Of a stretch of 32,000 nucleotides of DNA, positions 16,331 through 25,187 are shown piece after piece (the stretch's first letter is position 1; each line of letters begins with the position of its first letter). This DNA is from Candidatus Iainarchaeum sp. (GTDB lineage: Archaea; Iainarchaeota; Iainarchaeia; JAADDC01), in NCBI GenBank assembly GCA_030445695.1, contig JASUTF010000002.1:1-32000 (forward strand), written 5' to 3'. The notes under the pieces were generated by a model, which was not told the origin of the DNA, made no database searches, and saw nothing but the letters and a program-made list of their open reading frames with translations. Both the position numbers and the translations under genes were made by a program.

Positions 16331-16393
16331 AAGGAATGGAACGAATCCAGCATTTTTAAATCCTCTGCACCAAAATACACCTGCGAGCCAGCA

Positions 16394-16466
16394 GCGCCGG
16401 TAGTCTAGCCTGGTAGGACGTCGGCCTTCCACGCCGACGACCCGGGTTCGAATCCCGGCCGGCGCA
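16394..16466 (+). tRNA. tRNA-Gly (anticodon UCC)
   Basis: Cloverleaf: GCGCCGG UA GUCU AGCCUGGUA GGAC G UCGGC CUUCCAC GCCGA CGAC CCGGG UUCGAAU CCCGG CCGGCGC A. No CCA is encoded. Confidence 0.9.
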
Positions 16467-16480
16467 TTTCATTCTTCGAG

Positions 16481-17053
16481 TTATAGCACACCCCTTGCGT
16501 CGATCAGCACTGGTAGCCCGCGCAGCAGTGAGAATAGCACGAGATATAGTGAATACCAGAAGGAGAATTGCCAGGAGAAGGGAACAACCCCATAGCGCAT
16601 AAGCGTGAGCACAAGGAAGAAAAGCACCTTGGAAACGCCATAGAGCCCGCGGACAAAACGGCTCTTCACGAAGGTCCTTCCCCACCAGGAGCGCATCATA
16701 CCGTAAACGGAAACGTTCTTCCCTGCAGCGCGGCCCCGAATGGCATCGGTAAGGGCAGCACGGGAGAGAACGATGATCGGGGCCCAAGCCGGGACGTAGT
16801 CGATCGCAAGGAACATCAGCCAGAGAACGATTTCCGTCATTCTATCTCCGACCACGTCCAGAAGCGATCCAATAACCGTCTCGCACTTGTAGCGCCTCGC
16901 CACGTACCCGTCCAGCGAATCCATGGCGAACGCGATTATAAGGAGGATAACTGAAAGCCACCACGGCCCCCACGCGTAGTATACAAGAACAGCAACCACA
17001 AAAACGAGGACCGTCCTGATAATCGTGATCCAGTCGGCAGGAGTCACGGTCAA
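16481..17053 (-). CDS. CDP-alcohol phosphatidyltransferase family protein
   Basis: 190 aa membrane protein with DSLDGYVARRYKCETVIGSLLDVVGD, which matches DGxxARx8Gx3Dx3D. Confidence 0.8.
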   Translation of the reverse strand: MTVTPADWITIIRTVLVFVVAVLVYYAWGPWWLSVILLIIAFAMDSLDGYVARRYKCETVIGSLLDVVGDRMTEIVLWLMFLAIDYVPAWAPIIVLSRAALTDAIRGRAAGKNVSVYGMMRSWWGRTFVKSRFVRGLYGVSKVLFFLVLTLMRYGVVPFSWQFSFWYSLYLVLFSLLRGLPVLIDARGVL

Positions 17054-17080
17054 AAAAAAGAAAAGGTTGTATAAAAAGGT

Positions 17081-17608
17081 TCAGCGGGCAGCCAACGCTA
17101 TGCCGATGAACGTTGCCCCGCTGAACAGCAGGTCCAGAGACACGTAAAGCCCGAGGAACCAGAGCGCTGCGCCGGGCCACTGGATTGCTATTAAGACACC
17201 GAGAGCGATGCTAATTATACCGGAAAGCACTATCCAGCCCCAGTACGGGAGCACGTCCCTGTTCTGCCAGGCAATCCAAGCACGCACAATGCCTATCGCT
17301 ATGAACGCCGCAGCCATGGCGAGGGTTATTGCAGCGCTGGCCATCACGGGGTTGTAGAATGCTAACGCACCGAACACTATGTAGAGCAATGCAAGGACTA
17401 TGTTCGCCACCCTGCTGACCCAGCCACCCGTATGCGTGAATCCATTTATGAGCTGAACGACACCGGCGATAATCGCAAGTGCTCCGAAGAATAACACTGT
17501 TGCCATTGTGGTTAGCGGCAGATACAGCAAACCCGCCACTCCCAGCGCGATGAAGAAGACGCCCACACCAAGCATCCATGCCCAGTACTCCTTTACATCG
17601 CCGAACAT
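17081..17608 (-). CDS. HdeD/DUF308-like membrane protein
   Basis: 175 aa with repeated Gly/Ala-rich transmembrane pairs (GALAIIAGVVQLINGF...). A strong Shine-Dalgarno sequence, AAAGGAGGTGAAATC, lies before the ATG. Confidence 0.6.
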   Translation of the reverse strand: MFGDVKEYWAWMLGVGVFFIALGVAGLLYLPLTTMATVLFFGALAIIAGVVQLINGFTHTGGWVSRVANIVLALLYIVFGALAFYNPVMASAAITLAMAAAFIAIGIVRAWIAWQNRDVLPYWGWIVLSGIISIALGVLIAIQWPGAALWFLGLYVSLDLLFSGATFIGIALAAR

Positions 17609-17664
17609 GATTTCACCTCCTTTTTGGAATTGCCAATAAAATTTGGGTAGAAGTGGTTAAAAGT

Positions 17665-19023
17665 TCAATCTATTATCTTCTTCATCCATCCCGTCCAGAA
17701 CACGAAGTACAGGGACAGCAAACCACCAAGCACATTGCTCAGGGCCATACCGAGGAAAACACCGTTCACTGACCCCCAGGCCCGGCCCAACAGGTATGCT
17801 AACCCCACGCGGAACACCCAGAGCCGCACAAATGCAAGCGTTGCTGAAATCTTCGTCTTTCCTGCAGCGCGAAGGGCATTCATCACGGGGAAAAAGATGC
17901 CAAAGAACGGGACTGAGAGCGAGAAGTAGAACAGGAGCATAGCACCAGTATTTATCACCGCTGGATCAGATATGAAGATCTCGATCAGGTCGTAACGGAG
18001 CGCGAACACCACGAGGGCAAGAACGGACATTGTCGAAAACGTGATCTTTATCGTGGTTGCCAAGATGTGCTTTGCCCTTTCATACTGTTCTGCACCGATG
18101 TTCTGGCCGATCATAACGGACGCTGCCTGCGACATGCCAAAGGCAACAGCGGAGACGATGTTGATTATACGCATGCCGATTCCATAGGCGGCCACTGCCA
18201 CCGAGCCGAAAGCAGAAACGATCGCCATAATAGTAGTGAATGCAAGGCCGTTGAGCGAATTGGAAAGTCCTGCAGGCGTACCGATGCTGACTATTTTGCT
18301 AATCAGCGATCCGTCGGGAATCAGGTGCTCCAGACGGACATGTATGTGTTTCCAGCCCTTAAAGAGAATTACAAGCGAGACCATAGACGCAACGGCGTTT
18401 GATAGTGCTGTTGCAATTGCTGCACCTGCAACACCCATCGCAGGAGCACCCAGCCAGCCGAATATGAGTACCGGGTCAAGGATAGCGTTTAGCGTGATGG
18501 TTGCGAGGTTAATCTTGGTCGGTGTCCACATGTCACCAACGGCACGCAGCACCATGGAAAAAACAAACACCACGAAGGAGAACGGGAGCGACGCAAAAAT
18601 TATTCTGAGATACGTTGCGGCTTCAGGAATTACATCTTCAGGGATTCGCAACAGGTGCAGGATCTGGGGCGTAAAAACGTACCCGAGCACACCGAAAACG
18701 ATGGAAAGCGCACCAAGAAGAACAAGGAGGTTTCCAACAACTTTATCGACCCTTTCCCACTTGTTTGCACCAACGTACTGTGAAACGAGGGCCAGTCCCG
18801 CCGTTGCAAATCCCCCGCCAAACATCGTTACAGTAAAAACAATGGGCCAGGCGACGGCGGGGGCAGAAACGGCTGCACGGCCGAGACGCCCCAACCAGAA
18901 CGTGTCCACAAGGTTGTAGAGAATCTGAACGAGCTGCGTGAATATGAGGGGTGCTGAGAGCTTTAGCAAAGTCCTGACAACGTCTCCCTCGAGTATCTGC
19001 TGGCGCATCCTGTGTGGCGTCAT
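17665..19023 (-). CDS. MATE family efflux transporter
   Basis: 452 aa with about 12 transmembrane helices. The N-terminus LLKLSAPLIFTQLVQILYNLVDTFWLGRLG is typical of MatE. Confidence 0.85.
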   Translation of the reverse strand: MTPHRMRQQILEGDVVRTLLKLSAPLIFTQLVQILYNLVDTFWLGRLGRAAVSAPAVAWPIVFTVTMFGGGFATAGLALVSQYVGANKWERVDKVVGNLLVLLGALSIVFGVLGYVFTPQILHLLRIPEDVIPEAATYLRIIFASLPFSFVVFVFSMVLRAVGDMWTPTKINLATITLNAILDPVLIFGWLGAPAMGVAGAAIATALSNAVASMVSLVILFKGWKHIHVRLEHLIPDGSLISKIVSIGTPAGLSNSLNGLAFTTIMAIVSAFGSVAVAAYGIGMRIINIVSAVAFGMSQAASVMIGQNIGAEQYERAKHILATTIKITFSTMSVLALVVFALRYDLIEIFISDPAVINTGAMLLFYFSLSVPFFGIFFPVMNALRAAGKTKISATLAFVRLWVFRVGLAYLLGRAWGSVNGVFLGMALSNVLGGLLSLYFVFWTGWMKKIID

Positions 19024-19069
19024 ATTTGCTCACCAAAAAGCAGGCGGATATAAGGTGTGGTACGTAGCG

Positions 19070-19080
19070 AATAAAAAAGA
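19070..19080 (-). terminator. Oligo-T tract after hisS
   Basis: The minus strand reads TCTTTTTTATT about 17-27 nt downstream of the hisS stop. Confidence 0.35.
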
Positions 19081-19096
19081 AGTGCTGGAAAGGAAT

Positions 19097-20326
19097 TTAG
19101 TGCTTCTGTCCGGCGAGTTCAGTTATAGGCACTGCCTTCTGTTCCCCGCTCTCCATATCCTTAACCACAACTTTGCCCTCTTCCGTTTCCTTGCCCACGA
19201 TGATTACGGTTTTTATCCCTCTTCTCTCTGCGTCTGCCAGTTGCTTTCCGAGTTTCCTTCCTGTAACGTCCATGAACACGCGTTTTCCGGATTTCCTGAG
19301 TTCTTTTGAGATCTTTATTGCCATATCTTCATACCCCGGAATCACCGCGACGAAGATGTCCGCCTCATCTGCGTTCAGGTTCATGGAATCCACGTAGAGA
19401 TCAAGAACCCGGTCCACGCCTATGCTGCCGCCCGTCGCTGGAACCTCCTTTCCTCCCAGAAGTCCAATGAGTTCGTCGTATCTTCCGCCGGAGAGTATGC
19501 TCGTGGGTCGGTCCACAAACGTCTCAAATATCGGCCCCGTGTAGTAGTCCAACCCGCGGACGACGAACACGTTGAATGCCCAGAGCACGCCGAAGTCGTC
19601 CAAATACTCGCCGAGTTTCAGCAGGTCGTCCTTTGCTTTAGAGATCTCTTCGCTCTTCTCGGGCAGTTCATCCAAATCCACGTTGAACTCAAGGAACTTA
19701 TCCAGGAACGGTGCGAGATCCTTTAGTTCTTCACGAACGCCATCCTCCCCGATCTTATACCACTTGTCAATGGCGCGATAGAATTCGTCCCTCCGGTCTT
19801 TGGACAGTTCAATGTAATCGGCGATAGCGTCCAACAACCTCCGGTCGTTTAGCTGTACAGTTCCCTCAAGACCTGCACGCTTCAGCGCAGTCCAGGGTGC
19901 CGCAATGACTTCTGCATCCGCCAGCAGGTTCGTCGTTCCGAAGATATCCACATCCGCCTGAGTAAATTCCCTAAAACGTCCGGCCTGCGGACGGTCATAC
20001 CTCCATACCTTGCCGATCATATAACGCTTGACGGGCAGGGGCATGGTCTTGTTCTCCGCCAGCACACGGGCGGTCGGGAGTGTCAAATCAAAGCGAAGAC
20101 CGATGCCTCTCCCAGCCTTGTCCTTGAACAGATACAATTCGTCACGAATTTCTTCTCCGCCCTTAGACGTGAGCAGCTCAGCTGTTTCGAGGGCGGGAGT
20201 ATCCCAGGGGGCGAAGCCGAACTCACTGTAAGTTTCCTCGATGATCCTCAGAAACTCAGCACGTTTCACGCTCAGCGGCGGCAGAAAATCGCGGGTTCCA
20301 CGAACGCGGTTAGTGAAGTCCATCAC
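19097..20326 (-). CDS. hisS: Histidyl-tRNA synthetase
   Basis: 409 aa with VRGTRDFLP, WRYDRPQAGRFREFTQ and SGGRYDEL, plus a C-terminal anticodon-binding domain. A TATA-like CTTTTTATTATCC lies about 30 nt upstream. Confidence 0.9.
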   Translation of the reverse strand: MMDFTNRVRGTRDFLPPLSVKRAEFLRIIEETYSEFGFAPWDTPALETAELLTSKGGEEIRDELYLFKDKAGRGIGLRFDLTLPTARVLAENKTMPLPVKRYMIGKVWRYDRPQAGRFREFTQADVDIFGTTNLLADAEVIAAPWTALKRAGLEGTVQLNDRRLLDAIADYIELSKDRRDEFYRAIDKWYKIGEDGVREELKDLAPFLDKFLEFNVDLDELPEKSEEISKAKDDLLKLGEYLDDFGVLWAFNVFVVRGLDYYTGPIFETFVDRPTSILSGGRYDELIGLLGGKEVPATGGSIGVDRVLDLYVDSMNLNADEADIFVAVIPGYEDMAIKISKELRKSGKRVFMDVTGRKLGKQLADAERRGIKTVIIVGKETEEGKVVVKDMESGEQKAVPITELAGQKH

Positions 20327-20372
20327 CCATCACAATCACCAGACGTAACGGAAACAAGGATAATAAAAAGGA

Positions 20373-21542
20373 TCACAGTCTCTCCAGAATCTGCTGAATA
20401 ACCCGTTCCGGCTCTGTTGTGGACAAAGAAACAGCATTCGGGTGGCCCCAGTACTCTGCAGCGCCCAAATTCTTTACCATTGAGAGCAAATCTCCCTTCC
20501 CGCGCATTGTGACGGTATATCTGAAGCTCTTCTCTGCATCCGTGACAATTACGATGTCGTAGCCCCTTTCATCCATCAAGCACGAGGCAATCTTGCCCTT
20601 GTGTGGGTAGTTTGGCGTATATGAAAGTTTCACGATGAGAGCCCGCTTCCCGTTGATTTCCTTCTCTTCCATCTCCGCGTTCTCCAATGCCATTTCTACT
20701 TTCATTCTGAACAGTTCGTAATATGTCTTCCAGAGGTCCGTTTCCAGTATCTGTTCGGCCAGACGGAGGTCAGCACGAATTGCCTGTGACATCTCCAGCG
20801 CCAATGCTTTCTTCCTGTCCTCTTCGCCCCATTCAATCACCGAACTCTTATCTCCCGCGGCAGCAATCCTCCCCCACTCTGGCTTCTCCACCCACGACTT
20901 CACAAGGTACGAAACGAGCGTTGCCGTGTTGTATTTGGACAGCTCCGGTGAGTGAAGAGCAGGATTAATCACCACACCGAAGCCGTGCTGTTTTTCAGCG
21001 TAGTGGTGGTCCACAACGAAGGTCGGGCCGTAACTCGAAAGCAAGAAAAGGCCGGGGCGATCTCTCCAGTCACTACCCACGTCCAGAAGGAGATAAAGAG
21101 GTGCATCTGACAGCCAGATTTGGGCCTCACGAAGCGTCCAATGCGAAATCGTTGAAAACGCTCTGTCCGAAAGTCCGAGTGCCTTCTTTATCAGGAGCGC
21201 CGCGATGATACCGTCCGCGTCGTTGTCGTAAAAGACCTGCGGCGTTTCACCCGTTACCTTGAGAAACGCCAGTTCCTTCCAGAGCACTTCAAAGTTGCCG
21301 CGGAGGAAAGCAATCTCGTCGGGCAGTTCCAAATCCACCTTCAGGCCAGATAGAAAACGTTCCTTCACCTTCGGGCGGACGCTTTCGCTCAGCGAGAAGA
21401 GTTTGCCGTCCCGCAACTCCACACTGTCCCCAGTCCTGAACCGTTCTCTAGAAACAGCCCTGTAATACTTCTCGCCATCAAAAATCACGTACTCCGTCCC
21501 TTCCCTCCCGCGGAAAGATGATGTGATAATACCACGAGGCAT
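20373..21542 (-). CDS. DHH-family protein with a degenerate DHHA1 motif and an N-terminal extension (third DHH paralog)
   Basis: 389 aa with FYDNDADGIIAA, LLLDVG, VVDHHYAE and AAAGDKS. The GGGH position reads YWGHPNAV. About 90 aa of extra N-terminal sequence are present. Confidence 0.6.
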   Translation of the reverse strand: MPRGIITSSFRGREGTEYVIFDGEKYYRAVSRERFRTGDSVELRDGKLFSLSESVRPKVKERFLSGLKVDLELPDEIAFLRGNFEVLWKELAFLKVTGETPQVFYDNDADGIIAALLIKKALGLSDRAFSTISHWTLREAQIWLSDAPLYLLLDVGSDWRDRPGLFLLSSYGPTFVVDHHYAEKQHGFGVVINPALHSPELSKYNTATLVSYLVKSWVEKPEWGRIAAAGDKSSVIEWGEEDRKKALALEMSQAIRADLRLAEQILETDLWKTYYELFRMKVEMALENAEMEEKEINGKRALIVKLSYTPNYPHKGKIASCLMDERGYDIVIVTDAEKSFRYTVTMRGKGDLLSMVKNLGAAEYWGHPNAVSLSTTEPERVIQQILERL

Positions 21543-21566
21543 AAAGATAATTATTGTGGGAATAGT

Positions 21567-22223
21567 TTACAAATACTCCTTCAAAATTTCTCTCAGCTCT
21601 TCCCAGTTCTTCGCTTTTCTCAGCCGCGGTATCGTCTTTGCCACTTCCTTCTCCCACTCTGCTGTCGTCGGGAACTGGAACCAGACGGGGACAATTCTTC
21701 CATTCACGTTGTGGCGAAAGCGGTGCGGCCTGTCATCCACCCAGATGAATATAGCGTCTCTGTATTGCTCTCTCAGGTTTTCCAGCAACTTTTTCCGCTC
21801 CCTGTAGTCGCGGAAGCTCACAACATCGTCAAAATACTTGTCCAGCCCTGTTCTTCGGAAACGCCGCTCCTTGTAGTCGGAAACCCAGTCCTTCGACGAG
21901 AAGAGGATAATAGTGGCGCCCCGACGCTTTGCCCACTTCAGCGTCTCCTCCACGCCAGGGAGGACTTCAGAATGTTTAGCCAGCGCCCGGTTCCACGCCA
22001 CGAGAACGGGATAAAAGATTATACCAACAAGACGACCGAGAACCCCTGGCTCCCCCTTCGTTCCCTTTCGCTTCACATACCTCCCATAAATCCTGTCCAG
22101 AATTTCACGCTTTCGGGGCAGGAAAGGGAAGAACAGTCGTGCAACGTCCTCCGATGCGTCCACGAAGTGCGCCGGCGAATCCACAATCACTCCGTCAAAA
22201 TCGAGGAGCAAAACAACCCGCAT
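21567..22223 (-). CDS. HAD-superfamily hydrolase
   Basis: It has MRVVLLLDFDGVIVDS (motif I), IILFSSK and IWVDDRP. The start is taken at the ATG at 22223 because the ATG at 22235 lies only 3 nt from the promoter motif. Confidence 0.6.
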   Translation of the reverse strand: MRVVLLLDFDGVIVDSPAHFVDASEDVARLFFPFLPRKREILDRIYGRYVKRKGTKGEPGVLGRLVGIIFYPVLVAWNRALAKHSEVLPGVEETLKWAKRRGATIILFSSKDWVSDYKERRFRRTGLDKYFDDVVSFRDYRERKKLLENLREQYRDAIFIWVDDRPHRFRHNVNGRIVPVWFQFPTTAEWEKEVAKTIPRLRKAKNWEELREILKEYL

Positions 22224-22238
22224 GGATAGTTTCATGGA

Positions 22239-22267
22239 CTGAAACCAATAAATATATTCGGTTTCAG
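22239..22267. promoter_or_regulatory. Divergent promoter: a TATA box flanked by a perfect 8-bp inverted repeat, CTGAAACC-N13-GGTTTCAG
   Basis: The sequence is CTGAAACC AATAAATATATTC GGTTTCAG. The right arm ends 13 nt before the ccdA-like ATG at 22281. The left arm ends 15 nt before the HAD ATG at 22223. Confidence 0.55.
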
Positions 22268-22280
22268 CGTGGGTAGAAAC

Positions 22281-22949
22281 ATGGACGTTCAGACGTTGTG
22301 GACGATCACCGGACTAGCAGCCGTCGACATGGTAAATCCCTGCACCCTTGCAGTGCAGGTACTCCTACTATCTGCTCTTGTGTTAACGAAGGGCAGAAGA
22401 GACGCAATTATCGGCGGAATCCTATTCACGGTAACGATATACATAATGTATCTGCTCTACGGGCTTGGCGTGCTTCAGCTCATTTACACGCTGGGAATTC
22501 AAGACCTCTTGCGTGCGATTCTCAAGATTCTGATACTCGTGATGGCAGTTCTCGAAATCATGGCTTTCTTCAAGTACCGTCCCGGCTTCATATCCCTTGA
22601 AATGCCCATGTCCTTCCGACCCATCGCTCAAAAAGCTCTGAAGTCCGTTGAGAACCCGTGGATGGCCGTACCCGTCGCCGTCCTCTGCTCCGTACTTTTG
22701 CTCCCCTGCTCCTCCGGGCCATACCTTTCCGCAATCATCCTACTTGCAAACACAGCAGTTGAAAAAATCTTCTACCTTCTTTACTATAACATGATATTCA
22801 TCCTTCCGATGATTGCAATAACGGCAATCGTTGGTTTTGGAACAAAACCGGAGGCGGTGATGGAATGGAGAAAAAGACACATAAGGGAACTGCACCTGAT
22901 CGCGGGAATACTGCTGCTGGCGGTGTTCGCTATGCTATCTATGGAGTAA
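22281..22949 (+). CDS. CcdA/DsbD-type transmembrane thiol:disulfide electron-transfer protein
   Basis: Polytopic membrane protein with two membrane-embedded Cys motifs, VNPCTLAV and LLPCSSGPYL. The start is taken at the ATG at 22281; the track ORF begins at GTG 22269. Confidence 0.7.
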   Translation: MDVQTLWTITGLAAVDMVNPCTLAVQVLLLSALVLTKGRRDAIIGGILFTVTIYIMYLLYGLGVLQLIYTLGIQDLLRAILKILILVMAVLEIMAFFKYRPGFISLEMPMSFRPIAQKALKSVENPWMAVPVAVLCSVLLLPCSSGPYLSAIILLANTAVEKIFYLLYYNMIFILPMIAITAIVGFGTKPEAVMEWRKRHIRELHLIAGILLLAVFAMLSME

Positions 22950-23431
22950 TTTTCTCAATCATATTGCTGGTAGCGGCCCTTGCGTGGTATTCCGGCCAGA
23001 CAGGCGGCGGGAAAGATATGCCACAGGAGGGCAACCACTTGGGCGTTCTCGTATACTCTCCAACCTGCCCGCACTGCCACTCACTGATGAAATACCTAGA
23101 CGAGAAGTATCCGGACGCTCCGATACTGAGAACAACGGACGGCTCCAAGATAAAGGAGTACCTAAAGGAAGCGGGCGTTTCATGGGACGGTGGCGTCCCA
23201 ATCATGGCGGTGCGCGTGGATGGAAACGTCTTCGTGCTTTCTGGCTTTCCGTCGGAGAACCAGGACGTGAACGGCTACTTCATGGGCAGAGAAAAGGAAC
23301 TGTCACTCTGTAAAGGAATGCGAGGAACGCCGTACCCTAACGAGCAAAACTACCTCTTCTGCATACTTCCGGACGGAAAAATACTGGGAAACAAGTACGT
23401 AGTGGACTGGGTGCTCTCTAAGATCGGATAA
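22865..23431 (+). CDS. Membrane-anchored thioredoxin-like protein (CPHC)
   Basis: 188 aa with a basic N-terminus, one transmembrane helix (VRYAIYGVIFSIILLVAALAWY) and VLVYSPTCPHCHSL. The only plausible start, ATG 22865, overlaps the ccdA-like gene by 85 nt in another frame. Confidence 0.65.
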   Translation: MEKKTHKGTAPDRGNTAAGGVRYAIYGVIFSIILLVAALAWYSGQTGGGKDMPQEGNHLGVLVYSPTCPHCHSLMKYLDEKYPDAPILRTTDGSKIKEYLKEAGVSWDGGVPIMAVRVDGNVFVLSGFPSENQDVNGYFMGREKELSLCKGMRGTPYPNEQNYLFCILPDGKILGNKYVVDWVLSKIG

Positions 23432-23864
23432 TGTCCTTCAGTGCGGGGCCGGGGAGGATAATATACGTTTTTCCCACTCTTTCCCGCCTGATAACGTCAC
23501 GGGCCTCGAGGGCTGCCACCGCCCTGCTAGCACGGACCTTCCCGAAAAGCTCGGAAATCTCGGACTGAAGGACGCTGCCATTCTCAAGGACGGATCGGAC
23601 GATGAACCACTCTTCCTCCTTGTCAAAGAGCGTGGCGATCCTATCCAGATCATAATGCGAAGTGTTTCCTCCTTCCGGAAATAGTTTCAGGAGGGCGATG
23701 CCCGCGATTATGCCAACCGCAAAGAACGTGGGGATATATAGCGGAACGGGGAAGGAACAGCCACAGACGTTACCGCTCGCAATGATCTGCTGGACGTGGT
23801 AGGTCTGGTACGCCACGAGGAGCGTGGACGCGATCAGTATCCCCGCCGGTATGTATTTCCTCAT
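23418..23864 (-). CDS. Membrane-anchored winged-helix transcription regulator with a CGC motif
   Basis: 148 aa with two N-terminal transmembrane helices flanking NVCGCSF. The C-terminal wHTH-like segment is SVLQSEISELFGKVRASRAVAALEARDVIRRERVGKTYII. There is a 4-nt overlap with the thiI stop. Confidence 0.6.
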   Translation of the reverse strand: MRKYIPAGILIASTLLVAYQTYHVQQIIASGNVCGCSFPVPLYIPTFFAVGIIAGIALLKLFPEGGNTSHYDLDRIATLFDKEEEWFIVRSVLENGSVLQSEISELFGKVRASRAVAALEARDVIRRERVGKTYIILPGPALKDIIRS

Positions 23865-25174
23865 TGTGCGATCCTCCTATACGTCTTCTCGTCGAGCGCG
23901 TAAACGTCAAATCCCTGCTGGCGGAGGACAGACGCCTTTGCCATAGCCGCCGTGCCGGTGGGGCAGATCAAGAGGTATTTCCTCCCTTTCTCCGGCACGA
24001 AGTAGGGGTTCTCACGCAAGTTCACCACGACAAAACCCTTCAAGCTCTGGCCGTGGAAGATAACATCTTCGTCAGCGTGCTTCTCCGTCTCGCGAAGCCG
24101 ATCTACAAACTCTTCGTAATTAAAACCGAGCTTACCTACGAACATCTGGACCTTTTCGGGCTTCGGGTTCGTTACCGCGTGCTTCGACAGGACGCAGACC
24201 TCCGGTACCTTTTCTGACGCTTCGAGCGTGCCGATCCTCCGGGCAAGTTCGACGATCTCATCCTTGTCGTATGAGATGAGTGGTCGGAAAATCGGGCGTG
24301 AAGCGTATCTCTCCAGAACGGTGAGCGACTCCAGCGTCTGCGTGGATACTTGAGATAGAACCTCACCCGTTCCGATCGCGGGGAGATTCAGCTCGTCTGC
24401 CACTGCATCGGCGATTTTGTACAGGACTGCCTTGAACACGATCTGGCGGTAACCCTCGGGGACCGTATCTATGATCTTATCCATTATTTCCGGTGCGTCT
24501 ATAACGTAGAAGTGCAGGTAGGGGAACCACTCTGCCAGACGTTCGTAGACGCTGTATACGAGGGTTTCCTGGGCAGGCCCGGCAACGTTGACGAAAAGGA
24601 GTGTTGGCTGGACTCCACGCTTTGCCAGTCGCCATACTGCCACGGGTGAGTCGATTCCACCGGAGAAAAGGAAGAGTACGCGGCCTGCAACGCCGACAGG
24701 CAGCCCGCCCGGACCGGGAAACACGTCGCGGAAAACATAAGCTTTCCCGTTGATAATCTCTATGCCGATGTTTAGCTCTGCGTTCTTCAAATCGACGGTG
24801 GCACCAGTTTTTTCCTTGACATAGCCGCCGACGAGTCGATTAATCTCTGGAGAAGTCCAAGGCACGTCCTTAGTCACACGCTGCGTCTTCACTGCGAAGG
24901 TCTTCTCCCCGCGGTAGAGGGAAAGTGCCGCCTCTCTCATTTTCTCCGGCTCCGCGGGGACAACGATTGCAGGGGAATACGACTTCACTCCGAAGACCTT
25001 GCCCACCTTTGTCCAGTCGCCACCCTTCAAAATGATTCTGGCTGCCTCGCGGTGTGCTTTCCCGCCTGTCTGGCGCTCGAGATTCCTGACTAACTGCTGC
25101 TCGAAGCGTATGCGAACGGGTCGGCTCTTCAGGGCAATCTCAGAGTGGCGGACAATCACAACGTCGTAGTTCAC
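23861..25174 (-). CDS. thiI: tRNA 4-thiouridine synthase ThiI (THUMP + PP-loop + C-terminal rhodanese-like domain)
   Basis: 437 aa with LFSGGIDSPVA (the SGGxDS PP-loop). The C-terminal YLLICPTGTAAMAKASVLRQQGF resembles a rhodanese Cys loop. It has a GTG start. Confidence 0.85.
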   Translation of the reverse strand: MNYDVVIVRHSEIALKSRPVRIRFEQQLVRNLERQTGGKAHREAARIILKGGDWTKVGKVFGVKSYSPAIVVPAEPEKMREAALSLYRGEKTFAVKTQRVTKDVPWTSPEINRLVGGYVKEKTGATVDLKNAELNIGIEIINGKAYVFRDVFPGPGGLPVGVAGRVLFLFSGGIDSPVAVWRLAKRGVQPTLLFVNVAGPAQETLVYSVYERLAEWFPYLHFYVIDAPEIMDKIIDTVPEGYRQIVFKAVLYKIADAVADELNLPAIGTGEVLSQVSTQTLESLTVLERYASRPIFRPLISYDKDEIVELARRIGTLEASEKVPEVCVLSKHAVTNPKPEKVQMFVGKLGFNYEEFVDRLRETEKHADEDVIFHGQSLKGFVVVNLRENPYFVPEKGRKYLLICPTGTAAMAKASVLRQQGFDVYALDEKTYRRIAQ

Positions 25175-25187
25175 AAAAGTAACAGAA

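Noticed and set aside
16356-16787. 143-aa minus-strand ORF, together with the N-terminal 34 codons of ORF 16088-16432
   Set aside because: Both run straight through the tRNA-Gly gene (16394-16466) or antisense to the CDP-alcohol phosphatidyltransferase gene.
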